Of a stretch of DNA of 64,000 bases, positions 9,723-19,399 are shown piece after piece. The position numbers and the translations under genes are program-made. Each line of letters opens with the position of its first letter. Positions within the stretch are counted from its first letter, which is position 1. A model generated the notes under the pieces. That model saw only the letters and a program-made list of their open reading frames with translations, did not search any database and was not told the DNA's origin. This DNA is from an uncultured virus (IMG/VR IMGVR_UViG_3300049733_000582). Taxonomy: Duplodnaviria; Heunggongvirae; Uroviricota; Caudoviricetes. The stretch lies in IMG/VR virus record IMGVR_UViG_3300049733_000582; one strand, written 5' to 3'.

Positions 9723-10125
9723 CCGCGCGCGCAACCTGGAGCATGCGGACTTCCTTCTCCAGCGGGCCGAGCGGGCCTTGGAGGAGGCGATCACACCCGA
9801 CGAGAAGCGCGAGGCAGCGGCGCAGCTCCTCGGCCTCATCGGGTCCGAACGGAGCGAGCTGGTTCTCCGACAGATCCTCCGTGAGATGGGGGAGGTCCAG
9901 CTCCTCGCGCTCCTGGGCGGCTACTTCACCGCGGCGAGCGCCTGGAAGCTGGAGTGGCGGCACGACGTGGCCGTCGCGCTCACGGGCGAGCCGGAGCGAC
10001 GGGAAGAGGCGCGCTGCCCGGATTGCGGGCGGGTCCTCTTCGGCTGCTACCCGTGCGACAGCGCGCGGTGCAGCCTGCTCCGGGAAGAACGACAGATCCG
10101 AGCCGCGAGGAGGGCGCGCGCATGA
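9715..10125 (+). CDS. phage hypothetical protein with C-terminal Zn-finger (CPDC...CYPC)
   Basis: GTG at 9715 overlapping the previous gene; Cys motifs. Confidence 0.55.
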   Translation: MSNRARNLEHADFLLQRAERALEEAITPDEKREAAAQLLGLIGSERSELVLRQILREMGEVQLLALLGGYFTAASAWKLEWRHDVAVALTGEPERREEARCPDCGRVLFGCYPCDSARCSLLREERQIRAARRARA

Positions 10126-10290
10126 GGCCCACGGCTGCCCCTTTCGAACAACGGTGCCTGGACTGCCGGCGTCCGGTTCGTGGCGTGGCCGGCGATCGCT
10201 ACCAGGCGGCGCGCCGCTGCGCGCAGTGCGAGCCGGCCTACATGGCGAGTCTGAACTGGCGGCAAGTCCGGCGGGCGGAGGAGGTGACGC

Positions 10291-10695
10291 GTGCCTGAGA
10301 TCACGATCAACCGCCACCCGTGCCCGGAGAAGTACCCGGACGACTTCCGGCTCGCGTTCCGCGGAACGGTCGCCGCCTGGTTCCACACTCACAGGCCGGA
10401 GCATGGCGGCGGGGGCTCCGTCGAGCTCTACCTCAATCCGGCCGAGCTCCGGACCCTCATTCGAGAGGCTCGGCGCGAGCTCGAGCAGGCTGGACTCCCG
10501 ATCGAGGACTCTACGCAGGAGGCGCCGAGCGGCGGCGGAACGGCCGTCGCCTTGGCGAGTGGAGAGCCCGTGGACGATCCGCGGAGGTGCGCAGCCGCAA
10601 CCACGGGGGGCGTTGCCGGAGAGGTCGGGCCGGCAGCCTCGGTGCCTCCTGTTCTGGAAACGACCACGACTGAAAAGGAGATCGACCATGTCTGA
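10291..10695 (+). CDS. phage hypothetical protein
   Basis: GGAGG RBS, overlap coupling. Confidence 0.5.
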   Translation: MPEITINRHPCPEKYPDDFRLAFRGTVAAWFHTHRPEHGGGGSVELYLNPAELRTLIREARRELEQAGLPIEDSTQEAPSGGGTAVALASGEPVDDPRRCAAATTGGVAGEVGPAASVPPVLETTTTEKEIDHV

Positions 10696-11755
10696 GCACG
10701 AAACCTCTCTAGCCCCATCGGAGCCGCAGCCTCCGACGGCCGAGCTCATGCGCCCCTATCACGAGGAGGACCTGATCCCGCGAATGATCTCGGACGTGAA
10801 GGCCACGAAGCTCCGGCTCCAGGAGCTCAAGCTCTTCATCGCCGAGATCATGGAGGACGGTCTCGACTACGGGAAAGTCCCCGGGATTCCGCGGCCGTTC
10901 CTCTGGCTGCCGGGTGCTGAGAAGCTCCTCGAGGTCTACGGCTATGCGCCGGTCACAACCTGCACGCGCATGGTCGAGGATTGGGAAAAGGGCTTCTTCT
11001 TCTACGAGTTCCGCTGTGACGCGGTCAGCAAGCGCACCGGCAAGGTGGTCGCGAACGCACACGGGTGCTGCTCCAGCCTCGAGTCGAAGTACCGCTACCG
11101 CGACGCGCAGCGGGTCTGCCCTGAGTGCGGCGAAGAGGCCATCATCAAATCGAAGTTCGAGGACGGCGGCTGGTACTGCTTCCCCAAGAAGGACGGGTGC
11201 GGGGCCAAGTTCCAGAAGGGGGACCCCAAGATCGAGCAGCAGGACCTCGGGAAGGTCCTCAACGACGACACCTACTCCCTCCAGAACACGATCCTCAAGA
11301 TGGCCGAGAAGCGCGCGGTTGTCGGTGTCGCCAAGCGCGCGACCAGGTCCTCCGGCCTCTTCCAGCCTTCCGAGGAGGAAGAGAACATCCGGGACGTCAA
11401 GGCCGAGGACATCACGAAGGGCCGCAACCGTGGGAAGCTCGCGCCTCCGGCGCGGAAGAGCCAGCAGGCCGACGCCCCGCCGACCGATGCACCTCACACC
11501 CTGAACCAGGCCTTCGAGGGCGTTGTCGTCGCGGTCGAGGAGAAGCGGGACCTGAGCGGCACGCGGTTTTGGGGCGTCCGGATCGGCGAGGGACCCACTG
11601 CCGCGGTGGTCGTCACAATGGACGAACTGCTCGCGGAGATGGCCGACAACGCGCGGAAGGAAGGGACCCGCCTGCGCATCCGCGTGAAGGGGAAGAACGC
11701 CATTGACAAGATCGAGGCGCTCGACCCGCGGCCCGAGGCGGCGGTCGGAACCTAG
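10688..11755 (+). CDS. putative single-strand annealing/recombination protein with Zn-ribbon insert
   Basis: DYGKVPG...GAEKL, G.CSS.ESKY, NTILKMAEKRA motifs typical of phage Rad52/Erf-like SSAPs; AAGGAG RBS before ATG 10688. Confidence 0.65.
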   Translation: MSEHETSLAPSEPQPPTAELMRPYHEEDLIPRMISDVKATKLRLQELKLFIAEIMEDGLDYGKVPGIPRPFLWLPGAEKLLEVYGYAPVTTCTRMVEDWEKGFFFYEFRCDAVSKRTGKVVANAHGCCSSLESKYRYRDAQRVCPECGEEAIIKSKFEDGGWYCFPKKDGCGAKFQKGDPKIEQQDLGKVLNDDTYSLQNTILKMAEKRAVVGVAKRATRSSGLFQPSEEEENIRDVKAEDITKGRNRGKLAPPARKSQQADAPPTDAPHTLNQAFEGVVVAVEEKRDLSGTRFWGVRIGEGPTAAVVVTMDELLAEMADNARKEGTRLRIRVKGKNAIDKIEALDPRPEAAVGT

Positions 11756-11955
11756 GCCGTGACCCGCGAAGCCTTCCTCCAGAGCCTGGGGTCCCCCTGC
11801 CCCGGGCACCAACTGCGGGACGGGTCGCGGCTTCAGCCGCCGCTCGCTCGGGACTGCGAGGAGTGCCTCTGGAAGCTCGCGCAGCAGCACGCGGTGGATG
11901 CGTTCAACGAAACGGTCGGTGAGGCGCTGAACAGCGGGAGAGGAGCCTACGTTCC

Positions 11956-12456
11956 ATGAGCCCAACCTTTGTCGTCGCCTTGCTCGCGGTGGCCCAGCCC
12001 GTCGTCACACACGACGTCCGTCGGCAGTCCCCGACGGACGCGATGGCCTTCGTCCACGTGGACGCGGGCCCGAACGGTCTCCGGGACCTGGTGCTCTGCT
12101 CGGGCGTGGGCCCTCCGGCTTCGTTCGTAGATCTCGCCCACACGCCCGCGCAGGTGGAGACGGTGCGTGGACCCGACGGGATCGCGCATGTCCTCCGGTT
12201 CGGCGACCTCGCGCCCGGAGGCTCGGCCGCGTTCGCGGTGAGGGTCGCGCTCCCCGCTGGCGCCGGCTGGGCGCACGTGCTTGTCGTGGACGCCACGGAC
12301 GCCCGGACGGGCGCGCGCACCTGCTACCTGCGCTCGGCCGGGACGGAGGACCCGATCGCGATCCCGACCGTGGGTTGGCCCGCGGGCGCGGCACTCGTGG
12401 TGGCACTCGGCGTTGGGCTCTTCCTCAAGATGAGGAACACGAGGGGGGAGGCGTAG
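11956..12456 (+). CDS. secreted protein with IPTL-CTERM-like C-terminal sorting signal
   Basis: N-terminal hydrophobic signal; C-terminus AIPTVGWPAGAALVVALGVGLFLKMRNTR. Confidence 0.6.
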   Translation: MSPTFVVALLAVAQPVVTHDVRRQSPTDAMAFVHVDAGPNGLRDLVLCSGVGPPASFVDLAHTPAQVETVRGPDGIAHVLRFGDLAPGGSAAFAVRVALPAGAGWAHVLVVDATDARTGARTCYLRSAGTEDPIAIPTVGWPAGAALVVALGVGLFLKMRNTRGEA

Positions 12457-12459
12457 GCC

Positions 12460-12768
12460 ATGACCGCCGCCGAGCTCCGCGCCATCCTTGCGGCCGCCTC
12501 TGAGCGACCCTGGAAGCAATCGCCGAAGTCGAGCGACGCGATCGTCGCCGCCGGACAGGCTCGTGAGCACGACGAGCACTACTACGGGGGTCGATTCGTC
12601 GGTGAGTCGATCGACGGGCCCGACCAGCGTTTGATCGTGGCGCTCGCGAACCACGCGGACCTGTTCGTCGAGCTCTACACGGCGCTCGAAGAAATGAAGG
12701 AGCTGGTCCCAGGTCCCAGCCTTTTGGGCGACCTGCTAATAAAGCTCCGAGAGGTCCCCCGTGCCTGA
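12460..12768 (+). CDS. phage hypothetical protein (Ead/Ea22-like)
   Basis: LRAILAAASERPW...DQRLIVALAN pattern. Confidence 0.55.
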   Translation: MTAAELRAILAAASERPWKQSPKSSDAIVAAGQAREHDEHYYGGRFVGESIDGPDQRLIVALANHADLFVELYTALEEMKELVPGPSLLGDLLIKLREVPRA

Positions 12769-13417
12769 CGTCCAGACCAACGGCCACGTCACCCTGGACG
12801 AGCGGCGGAACGTCTACGTCTCCGCCTCGGGGCAGGAGTACCTCCGGGTCACGCGCATCCTGGAGATGGTCGGACTCCGGAAGCTCCCGAGCGTCTCGGA
12901 GGCGGTGCTCGCCTACGCGGCCGAGCGGGGGCAGGTGGCGCACGACGCGATCGCGCTCGATCTCGAGGGGGACCTGGTCGAGTCCTCGGTGCACGACGAA
13001 GTCCGGCCCTACCTGGAGGCGGCGCGGGCCTGGATCGCGGCCAACGGGTTCCGCCCGGAGCCGGGCTGGATCGAGCGGCGGCTCGCGCACGCGGAGCTCC
13101 GGTTCGCCGGCAAGCTCGACCTCCTGGGCCGGATCGGGGACGACCTCTGGATCGTGGACTGGAAGACGGTGGGCGGCGCGATCGAGGACGACGTCGGCGT
13201 GCAGCTCGCGGCCTACGAGCTCCTCGCGCGCGCGCAAGGGCGCAAAGGACGGATTCGACGGGTGGCGGTCCGACTGGGGAAGGACGGGACCCCGCGGCCC
13301 CGCATCTTTGATCACCCGGGCGATCTCGCCGACTTCATGGCGGCGCTCCGGATCGCCTGGCGGATCGCGGCGCGCGAGGGCGAGGGGGGGAGTAGAGGAG
13401 GAACCGAACGTGGGTGA
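12761..13417 (+). CDS. PD-(D/E)XK exonuclease
   Basis: RGQVAH, E..L...FAGKLDL, IVDWKT, QLAAY. Confidence 0.85.
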   Translation: MPDVQTNGHVTLDERRNVYVSASGQEYLRVTRILEMVGLRKLPSVSEAVLAYAAERGQVAHDAIALDLEGDLVESSVHDEVRPYLEAARAWIAANGFRPEPGWIERRLAHAELRFAGKLDLLGRIGDDLWIVDWKTVGGAIEDDVGVQLAAYELLARAQGRKGRIRRVAVRLGKDGTPRPRIFDHPGDLADFMAALRIAWRIAAREGEGGSRGGTERG

Positions 13418-14159
13418 GGTGGTGACCCTGCAACCGGTGGGGCTCCCCGAGCGGGACTTCGCACCGGCGGTCGATCAGTGGACGAAGACGATCAAGAGCC
13501 TCCCGACCGCCGAGGGCTACGCCAAGCTCTCGGACGAGGAACGGCGAGAGGCCAACGAGCGGCTCGGCGCGCACCTCCTCGAGATCAAGGCGCTCCGAGG
13601 GGAGATCGAGGACACCTTCCGTCCCACGATCACCGCGGCGCACAAGACCTGGCAGGAAGCCTTGAAGGCCCGGGCGCGCCACGACGATCCGCTGGAGAAG
13701 ACCGAGGCCCTGGGGAAGGGGCTCCAGAAGGCCTATCTGAACCACGAGGATGCGGTTCAGCGGGAGGCCGAACGTCAGGCCTCACTCGCGGCGAAGAAAG
13801 CCGAGGAGGACATCCTGCTCGAGCAGGCCCAGGCCTTCGAGGACGCCGGCGACCCGGCTACGGCCGCGGCGATCGTGGCCGCGGCTCCGGTGGCGCCGCC
13901 CCCGCCTCCCCCGGTCCCGCGGACCGTCCCCCAGGTGACGGGTGTCACGTCCGCGCTGGTGTGGAAAGGGCGGGTGACAGACCTCATGGCGCTGGTCAAG
14001 GCCATCGCTGCGGGCGCGCCGGGGGTCTCCCTCGCGCTCCTCCAGCCCGCTGGCCAGGCGACGCTCGATGCCTGGGCCAAGAGCACCAAGGGCGCCGTCC
14101 AGTCCCCTGGCATCGTCGCCTACCAGGAGCGTCAGGTGAGCCTCAGGAGCGCACGATGA
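13410..14159 (+). CDS. phage coiled-coil protein (DUF1351/Gp157-like neighbourhood)
   Basis: Coiled coil, then WKGRVTDL...PGI.AY C-terminus common next to phage exonucleases. Confidence 0.6.
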   Translation: MGEVVTLQPVGLPERDFAPAVDQWTKTIKSLPTAEGYAKLSDEERREANERLGAHLLEIKALRGEIEDTFRPTITAAHKTWQEALKARARHDDPLEKTEALGKGLQKAYLNHEDAVQREAERQASLAAKKAEEDILLEQAQAFEDAGDPATAAAIVAAAPVAPPPPPPVPRTVPQVTGVTSALVWKGRVTDLMALVKAIAAGAPGVSLALLQPAGQATLDAWAKSTKGAVQSPGIVAYQERQVSLRSAR

Positions 14160-14569
14160 CCCGGCTCGCCATTCTCCTCGAGGTCCGCCGCCTCCTCGGC
14201 AACCCGGCCCGCTTCTGCCTGGGCGCCTCTGCCCAAGACGCGGAGCGCAGCGTGGTCCCGCCCGACGATCCCCGCGCGGTCCGCTGGTGCCTGACCGGAG
14301 CGCTCAGCCGGTTCGCGAAGAGCGCCCGTCAGCTGGAGCTGCTCCTGGCCTTCCTGAAGGGGATCGCCTTCCCGGGGAAGGAGGGATCGCTGGCCGGTTG
14401 GAGTGATCAAAACCGCTGGCGGGAGGTCCTCGTGCTCCTTGATCGAGGGATCACGGCGGAGCAGGAACGGTTGGCCGAGCGCCGCGCCGTGGCCTCTAGA
14501 AGGCTGGCCTCGGTCTGGCGGAGTCGATCGCGGCCTACCCAGCGGAAAGCGAACAGGTCCCGCACATGA
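14156..14569 (+). CDS. DUF6197-like phage protein
   Basis: FCLGASAQD...AVRWCLTGAL motif. Confidence 0.5.
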   Translation: MTRLAILLEVRRLLGNPARFCLGASAQDAERSVVPPDDPRAVRWCLTGALSRFAKSARQLELLLAFLKGIAFPGKEGSLAGWSDQNRWREVLVLLDRGITAEQERLAERRAVASRRLASVWRSRSRPTQRKANRSRT

Positions 14570-14735
14570 GAGAACCGACCGCGCCCCTCGCCGCGCTGAA
14601 TGGAAAGAGCTCGCGCGGTGCTCTGGGTGGTTGGGCCCAGGCGAGGGGGCGGTCATTCATCCAAGGAAGGCCGGAATGGAATCGACGCCGGGTGTGCCGG
14701 CGTAGGTGTCCTGCCAGAAACAGGAGGTTCGCACC

Positions 14736-15548
14736 ATGAAGACAGCAGCGGTCGTGCTCCTCGCCTTCCTCGGCCACGTCGCGCTCGCGCAGGCCCCTGC
14801 GCTCGGCGACCCGGACCGTGACGGACTGCCGACCTGCGCCGAACTGGCCCTCGGCACGGATCCGACCCGGCCCGATGGCGACGGTGACGGGATCACCGAC
14901 GGAACCGAGGCCTGCTGTCCCAAAGGGGACGCCCGGGATCCGAACGTCACCGAAGCCGGCCGAGGCGCTCGGATCGTCTGTTGGAGGGAGGGGCTCGACG
15001 CCTGGATCGTGCTGCTCGCCCGCCCGGAGAACGTCTCAGGCTTTCGCTTCCAGGCCTATGCCACCGGACTCGGTCGCGTGGAGCTCTCCGGGCTCGCGCA
15101 GGAGGTCGCCCGCGGAACGGACGGGACCACCGCTTGGGCGGTTCGCTTCCCGCCCGACGTCTTCCCGCTCCTGGGCGGCAGCCTCGCCGTCATTGCGGAG
15201 GGGCGCGACGGAGGGAAGCGGCTCCGCGCCGAGGGTTCGCTCGTCGCGCGCCCGTCCGGCCACTGGGCTTTCCTGGAGTTGCTTCCGGATGAGGGCGGGC
15301 TCCGGACCCGCGCGATCGCCGCGGAGGCGGCGGCGACCCGCCCTTTCCCGGTGCCGGCGACAAGCATCCTCCACACAAGAACGTGCGCCCAGAGGTACCG
15401 CCTCGTCCGCGTGATTCCCGATGATTGGGAGTACGGCGAGTTCGAGATCGTCCGGGAGGACTGCCTCGAGCGAGGACCCTGGTGCGTCTGGGATTGTGGA
15501 GAGATGGTCGGGGCGCGGTCCATCTTCCTGAGGGGCGGCCGGTCATGA
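14736..15548 (+). CDS. secreted protein with thrombospondin type-3-like Ca-binding (DxDxDG) repeats
   Basis: Signal peptide MKTAAVVLLAFLGHVALA; DPDRDGL...LGTDPTRPDGDGDGITDG; Cys-rich C-terminus. Confidence 0.7.
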   Translation: MKTAAVVLLAFLGHVALAQAPALGDPDRDGLPTCAELALGTDPTRPDGDGDGITDGTEACCPKGDARDPNVTEAGRGARIVCWREGLDAWIVLLARPENVSGFRFQAYATGLGRVELSGLAQEVARGTDGTTAWAVRFPPDVFPLLGGSLAVIAEGRDGGKRLRAEGSLVARPSGHWAFLELLPDEGGLRTRAIAAEAAATRPFPVPATSILHTRTCAQRYRLVRVIPDDWEYGEFEIVREDCLERGPWCVWDCGEMVGARSIFLRGGRS

Positions 15549-16213
15549 AGTCCCTCATCGCCCTGTTCCTGGCAGCCGGTCCCCTCCTGGCGCAACCGCC
15601 ACTCTCGGACCTCGACGGGGACGGCGTGCCCTACGCGGTCGAGCGGATCCTCGCCCTGAACCCGGACCATCCGGACAGCGACAAGGACGGGACGCCCGAC
15701 GGGGAGGAGGTCGGCTTCCGGGTGCTCGTCTGGCGCGACGCCGGCGCCGCGTGGTTGATCGTCATGGGGCGGACTCCTGACCGCTGCTGGGCAACGATCC
15801 CGGACCTGCCCCATTTCGACCTCTTGCCCCTCCTGGCGCCGGTGACCCCCATCGCCCGGGCGGTAGCGGTTCCAGCTGAGCTAACGCGGATCTTCGAGCA
15901 CGTGGCCTTCGGCGCAGCTTCCGGGCCTCTGCGGGCCGCGGCGACGCTCATCGATCGCCCGACAGGCTGGGCCACGGTCGAGCGGCGCTCCATCAACGCC
16001 GCGGTCCTGCCGGCTGAGGCAGGAACAATCCCGGGGGTGGCTCATGCCGGACCCAGGTTCTGTCAGCAGGTGCTCGAGCCGATGGGTGGGGGACCACTCG
16101 GATACCAGTTCTGCATGGTGGTGGACGAGGGTTGCAAGGGTGGTCCGCCGGTATGCGTCCTCGATTGCTCAATCATGATCGGCCGCATCGTTCTATTGCC
16201 AACGATTGAATAG
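15545..16213 (+). CDS. paralogous secreted DxDxDG-repeat protein
   Basis: Signal peptide MKSLIALFLAAGPLLA; DLDGDGVP...LNPDHPDSDKDGTPDG; same C-terminal Cys spacing. Confidence 0.7.
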   Translation: MKSLIALFLAAGPLLAQPPLSDLDGDGVPYAVERILALNPDHPDSDKDGTPDGEEVGFRVLVWRDAGAAWLIVMGRTPDRCWATIPDLPHFDLLPLLAPVTPIARAVAVPAELTRIFEHVAFGAASGPLRAAATLIDRPTGWATVERRSINAAVLPAEAGTIPGVAHAGPRFCQQVLEPMGGGPLGYQFCMVVDEGCKGGPPVCVLDCSIMIGRIVLLPTIE

Positions 16214-16315
16214 GCATATGCGAATCGACTTGCGTCCTGACCGACCATCGGTGGGACGCCCACTCTCGCCCGGGGCGATCTTGGGGTCGCTCCGGGCCTT
16301 CAACCAGGAGGGGTA

Positions 16316-16921
16316 ATGCCCGCGATCCACAAGGTCAACGAGCACCTCCGGAAGGCGCTCAACACCGCTCAGGATGCCAAGGGCCCGCTGGGTGGGACGC
16401 CCTCGGATTTCGCCTACATGGCGAGCATGTTCCACCAGACCTTCCGCGAAGCGTTCAAGCTGGAGTCCTACCCGCTCTACCCGGAGGCGGTTCGGGAGGA
16501 GATGGTGCGGGCGGACGCACTCCTCGAGCGAATCGCGCTGCAGGCTCAGCACACCGCGGCGCAGGTGCGCATGCCGGCGCTCCAGGCCTCGGTCCGTCCC
16601 TTCGTCCCTGGAGACGTCGTTCGGCACGTGAATGAGGACCACACGCTCACGGTCGGCGGGGCCTCGCCCGACGGGGTCAAGGTCGTGTTCATCGACGGCG
16701 CCTACGCTCAGGTCCGCGAGATCGAGCTCGTGGAACCCGCCACGGTCGAGAAGCAGCGGCTCGTCATCGCCGAGATGCTGAAGCTGCCGGAGAACCAGGC
16801 CCGGCACTCCTGGGCCAAGGCGGCGCTGGAGAAGCTCGAGGCGGACGACCGGGCCGCGGCCGACAAGCCCGAGGAATCCGCCGGGGAGGGGGGGAAGCGG
16901 CGGCGCAAGGCGGCGGGGTAG
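16316..16921 (+). CDS. phage hypothetical protein (possible SH3-like domain, PGDVVRH)
   Basis: AGGAGG RBS; 201-aa ORF. Confidence 0.6.
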   Translation: MPAIHKVNEHLRKALNTAQDAKGPLGGTPSDFAYMASMFHQTFREAFKLESYPLYPEAVREEMVRADALLERIALQAQHTAAQVRMPALQASVRPFVPGDVVRHVNEDHTLTVGGASPDGVKVVFIDGAYAQVREIELVEPATVEKQRLVIAEMLKLPENQARHSWAKAALEKLEADDRAAADKPEESAGEGGKRRRKAAG

Positions 16922-16989
16922 TTCTACCGAACCAGCGGACTCGGGAGGTCGGCGGTGGTGTGGTTGCCCCCGCCAGGCGGTTGGGAACG

Positions 16990-17886
16990 ATGCCGGACCG
17001 AATCATTCGTGAGCGCGCGAGGAGCAGTCAGACCTTGGCCAGTCTGTCCAGGGGTGCCGAGAGCATGTTCTGGCGCCTGACGACGGTAGCCGACGACTAC
17101 GGGCGCTTCAACGCGGACCCTGAGGTCCTCCGTTCGAAGTGCTTCGAGGTCACCCCCAAGGACCTTGGGGAGGATGACGTCCTCCGGTGGCGAGACGAGA
17201 TGGTCAGCGTCGGGCTCATCGCCCTCTATCGGGCCCCCGAGGAGCCGGACAGGGAGTTCGGGGTCTTCCTCCGGTGGGGGAAGTACCAGCGCGAGAGGGG
17301 ATCGCGACCGAAGTTCCCGGACCCGCCAGAGGACATAAGTTGTTTGATGGCCCAAGCCGCAACTTGCGGCGACTCGCGGCAACCTGCGGCGACTGGCGGC
17401 GACTCGCGGCAGGTCGCGGCGACTCGCGGCTCGCGCGCGCGCGCGTTCGGGATCCGAGATCCGGGGGTCGAGATCCGAGATCCGAGGGACGAAGGGGCGC
17501 CGCCGCCGCCTGCGGCGACTGGCGGCGACTCGCGGCAACCCGCCGCTTTCGACGTCGGTGTCGGACGGGTCAGGGACTACTTCCTGGCCAGCTACCGGGC
17601 ACGGATGGGAACCGACCCGGAATGGGGGGACCGTGAGGCTGCTCGAGCTCGAGCGCTCGTGGAGCGGGCCACCTCCGAGGCGGTCCTGGGGGCCCTGCAA
17701 GTCTTCTTCGGCACGGACGAGGCGTGGATCAGGGACGGCGGGTACGGGTTCCTGCGGTTCTCGGGCCAGTCGGTCTTCGAGGCCTGCCTTCGGCTCGCGA
17801 AGACCTCGCCCTCCAAGGGCGGGGTAAACGAGCAGTGGGCGCGGTACTTCGCCGAGCACCCCGAGCTCAAGGGTGGTGCGCCGTGA
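16990..17886 (+). CDS. phage replication initiator (replisome organizer)
   Basis: MPDRIIRERARSS...FWRLTTVADDYGRF...W.KYQR...KFPDP; internal repeats. Confidence 0.8.
   Translation: MPDRIIRERARSSQTLASLSRGAESMFWRLTTVADDYGRFNADPEVLRSKCFEVTPKDLGEDDVLRWRDEMVSVGLIALYRAPEEPDREFGVFLRWGKYQRERGSRPKFPDPPEDISCLMAQAATCGDSRQPAATGGDSRQVAATRGSRARAFGIRDPGVEIRDPRDEGAPPPPAATGGDSRQPAAFDVGVGRVRDYFLASYRARMGTDPEWGDREAARARALVERATSEAVLGALQVFFGTDEAWIRDGGYGFLRFSGQSVFEACLRLAKTSPSKGGVNEQWARYFAEHPELKGGAP
17356..17541 (+). repeat. 10-bp tandem repeats (GCGGCGACTC consensus), putative ori iterons
   Basis: About 7.5 copies at 17356-17430 and 3 copies at 17512-17541; GAGATCC repeats between. Confidence 0.75.
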
Positions 17887-18566
17887 ACCCGTTCGATAAG
17901 TACCTCCAGACCGCGCGTACGGTCAGCGAGGCCGAGTCGAAGGCGGCCGACGCCCGGCACCGCCGCCTGACCCGACCGCCTCGCGAGCCGAGCCTCCCCC
18001 TGATCTACCGGTCCGCGACCGTGAAGAGTGCCCTCCGAACCCAGGCGCTTGAGGTCGTGCGTCGCTGGCTAGATCTCCCCGAACAGCAGGACCTCCCCGC
18101 AGACGTCTCGAAGCGCCTGGCCGGCGGCTACCGCCGCGGCTCCTGCCTCGTGCTCTGCGGACCGCCCGGGGTCGGGAAGACCTACGCCGCGGCGGCGGCC
18201 GAGAACCACGTCCAGGACCAGGATCGGGAGTGGTTCACGACTCCCGTGCTGCTCCAGGACGCATTCGGGAAGGGCGGCGACGCCGTGCGGGAGGCGGTCC
18301 AGACCGTGCACTTGGTCGTGCTGGACGACCTCGGGTCGGAATATGTCAAGGCGGGCGGCGCGCGGGAGGAGCTGCTCAAGACCGTGTTCGTCGTTCGGGA
18401 GCAGAGCCGCCGGCCGACCATCGCGACCCTGAACAAACGCCCGGATCAGCTCGGCGACTTCTGCGACCCGATCCGGAGCCGGATCGAGGGCACCTGGGGG
18501 ATCGTTGTCCCGTGCTGGGGGCCCGATCTCCGGCTTGAGGAGCGGCGCCGGAGGGACCTGGAATGA
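17883..18566 (+). CDS. DnaC/IstB-like AAA+ helicase loader
   Basis: Walker A GPPGVGKT, Walker B VLDDLG, RPTIATLN, IRSRI. Confidence 0.85.
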   Translation: MNPFDKYLQTARTVSEAESKAADARHRRLTRPPREPSLPLIYRSATVKSALRTQALEVVRRWLDLPEQQDLPADVSKRLAGGYRRGSCLVLCGPPGVGKTYAAAAAENHVQDQDREWFTTPVLLQDAFGKGGDAVREAVQTVHLVVLDDLGSEYVKAGGAREELLKTVFVVREQSRRPTIATLNKRPDQLGDFCDPIRSRIEGTWGIVVPCWGPDLRLEERRRRDLE

Positions 18567-18758
18567 GCGCCGCCGGAATGCCGTCTTTGTGCCGCCGCTG
18601 GGAAGACGCCTTCTACAGGCGGGGGGTCGCGTGAGCTTCTGGTGGTGGGTCTTCGGCGGCCTTGGCGTGATCGCTGCCGCGGTGGTCGTCTTCCTGGTCC
18701 TGGACCGCATCGATCGCTGGCGCACCTGGCGTGCGGTCAAGAAAGCTCGGCGGCTCCG

Positions 18759-19079
18759 ATGATCGACTTCCGCGTCCCGAACACCGCGCGCTTGACCCGC
18801 ACGGAACCGTGCGATCACGTGGCCGCCTCGGTCCCGCGTTCCCGACGTATCTGGCTCGAAGAACTTCAGCGGGATCTCCGCGCCTGCGGGGTCCGGGTCA
18901 CGTTGAGTGGGCTGGTCCGGATCGGCGTCGAGCTGCTCGTGGACGCTCTCGGAGCGAGCACGGGCAAGGATCGGGCGCAGGTCATCGCCAACCTGTTCCG
19001 GCGCCTAGAGCCTCCGGACGCGAGCAATCGCAAGGTCACGTCCTGGGCAGCGCGCAGGCGTTGGGAGACGCGCCCATGA
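18759..19079 (+). CDS. phage hypothetical protein (possible DNA-binding)
   Basis: ATGA-coupled ORF. Confidence 0.5.
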   Translation: MIDFRVPNTARLTRTEPCDHVAASVPRSRRIWLEELQRDLRACGVRVTLSGLVRIGVELLVDALGASTGKDRAQVIANLFRRLEPPDASNRKVTSWAARRRWETRP

Positions 19080-19399
19080 GCTTCGCGACCGTGATCTGCG
19101 CCGCGAAGCAGTTCCCGGGCGCCCAGCGCCAGCGGTGCCGGACCTGCCGCGGGCCAGCGTGGTGCTCGATCCCCACGCTCCAGGTCCTGGGGTCCGATCG
19201 AGCGGACTTCTACTGCCGGACCTGCGCGGACGAGGGGCGGATTCCCAACCTCCATCGGGTCCAGCTCAGCGTGATGAGCCCGCGCGCCATGAGGGAGCTC
19301 GCGAAGGCGCTTGGCTCTCCGGTGACGCCGATCGAAGCCCACGCCTACGCCGCCGCGGTGATCCAGACCAGCGCGCGCAAACACTTGGAGCGGAACTGA
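19076..19399 (+). CDS. phage Zn-finger protein
   Basis: CRTC...CRTC pairs, ATGA coupling. Confidence 0.55.
   Translation: MSFATVICAAKQFPGAQRQRCRTCRGPAWCSIPTLQVLGSDRADFYCRTCADEGRIPNLHRVQLSVMSPRAMRELAKALGSPVTPIEAHAYAAAVIQTSARKHLERN

Noticed and set aside
14577..14654. Hammerhead ribozyme
   Set aside because: CTGAATGGAAAG does not fit the CUGANGA...GAAA core topology
17356..17541. CRISPR array
   Set aside because: Contiguous 10-bp repeats with no spacers, inside a CDS; no cas genes
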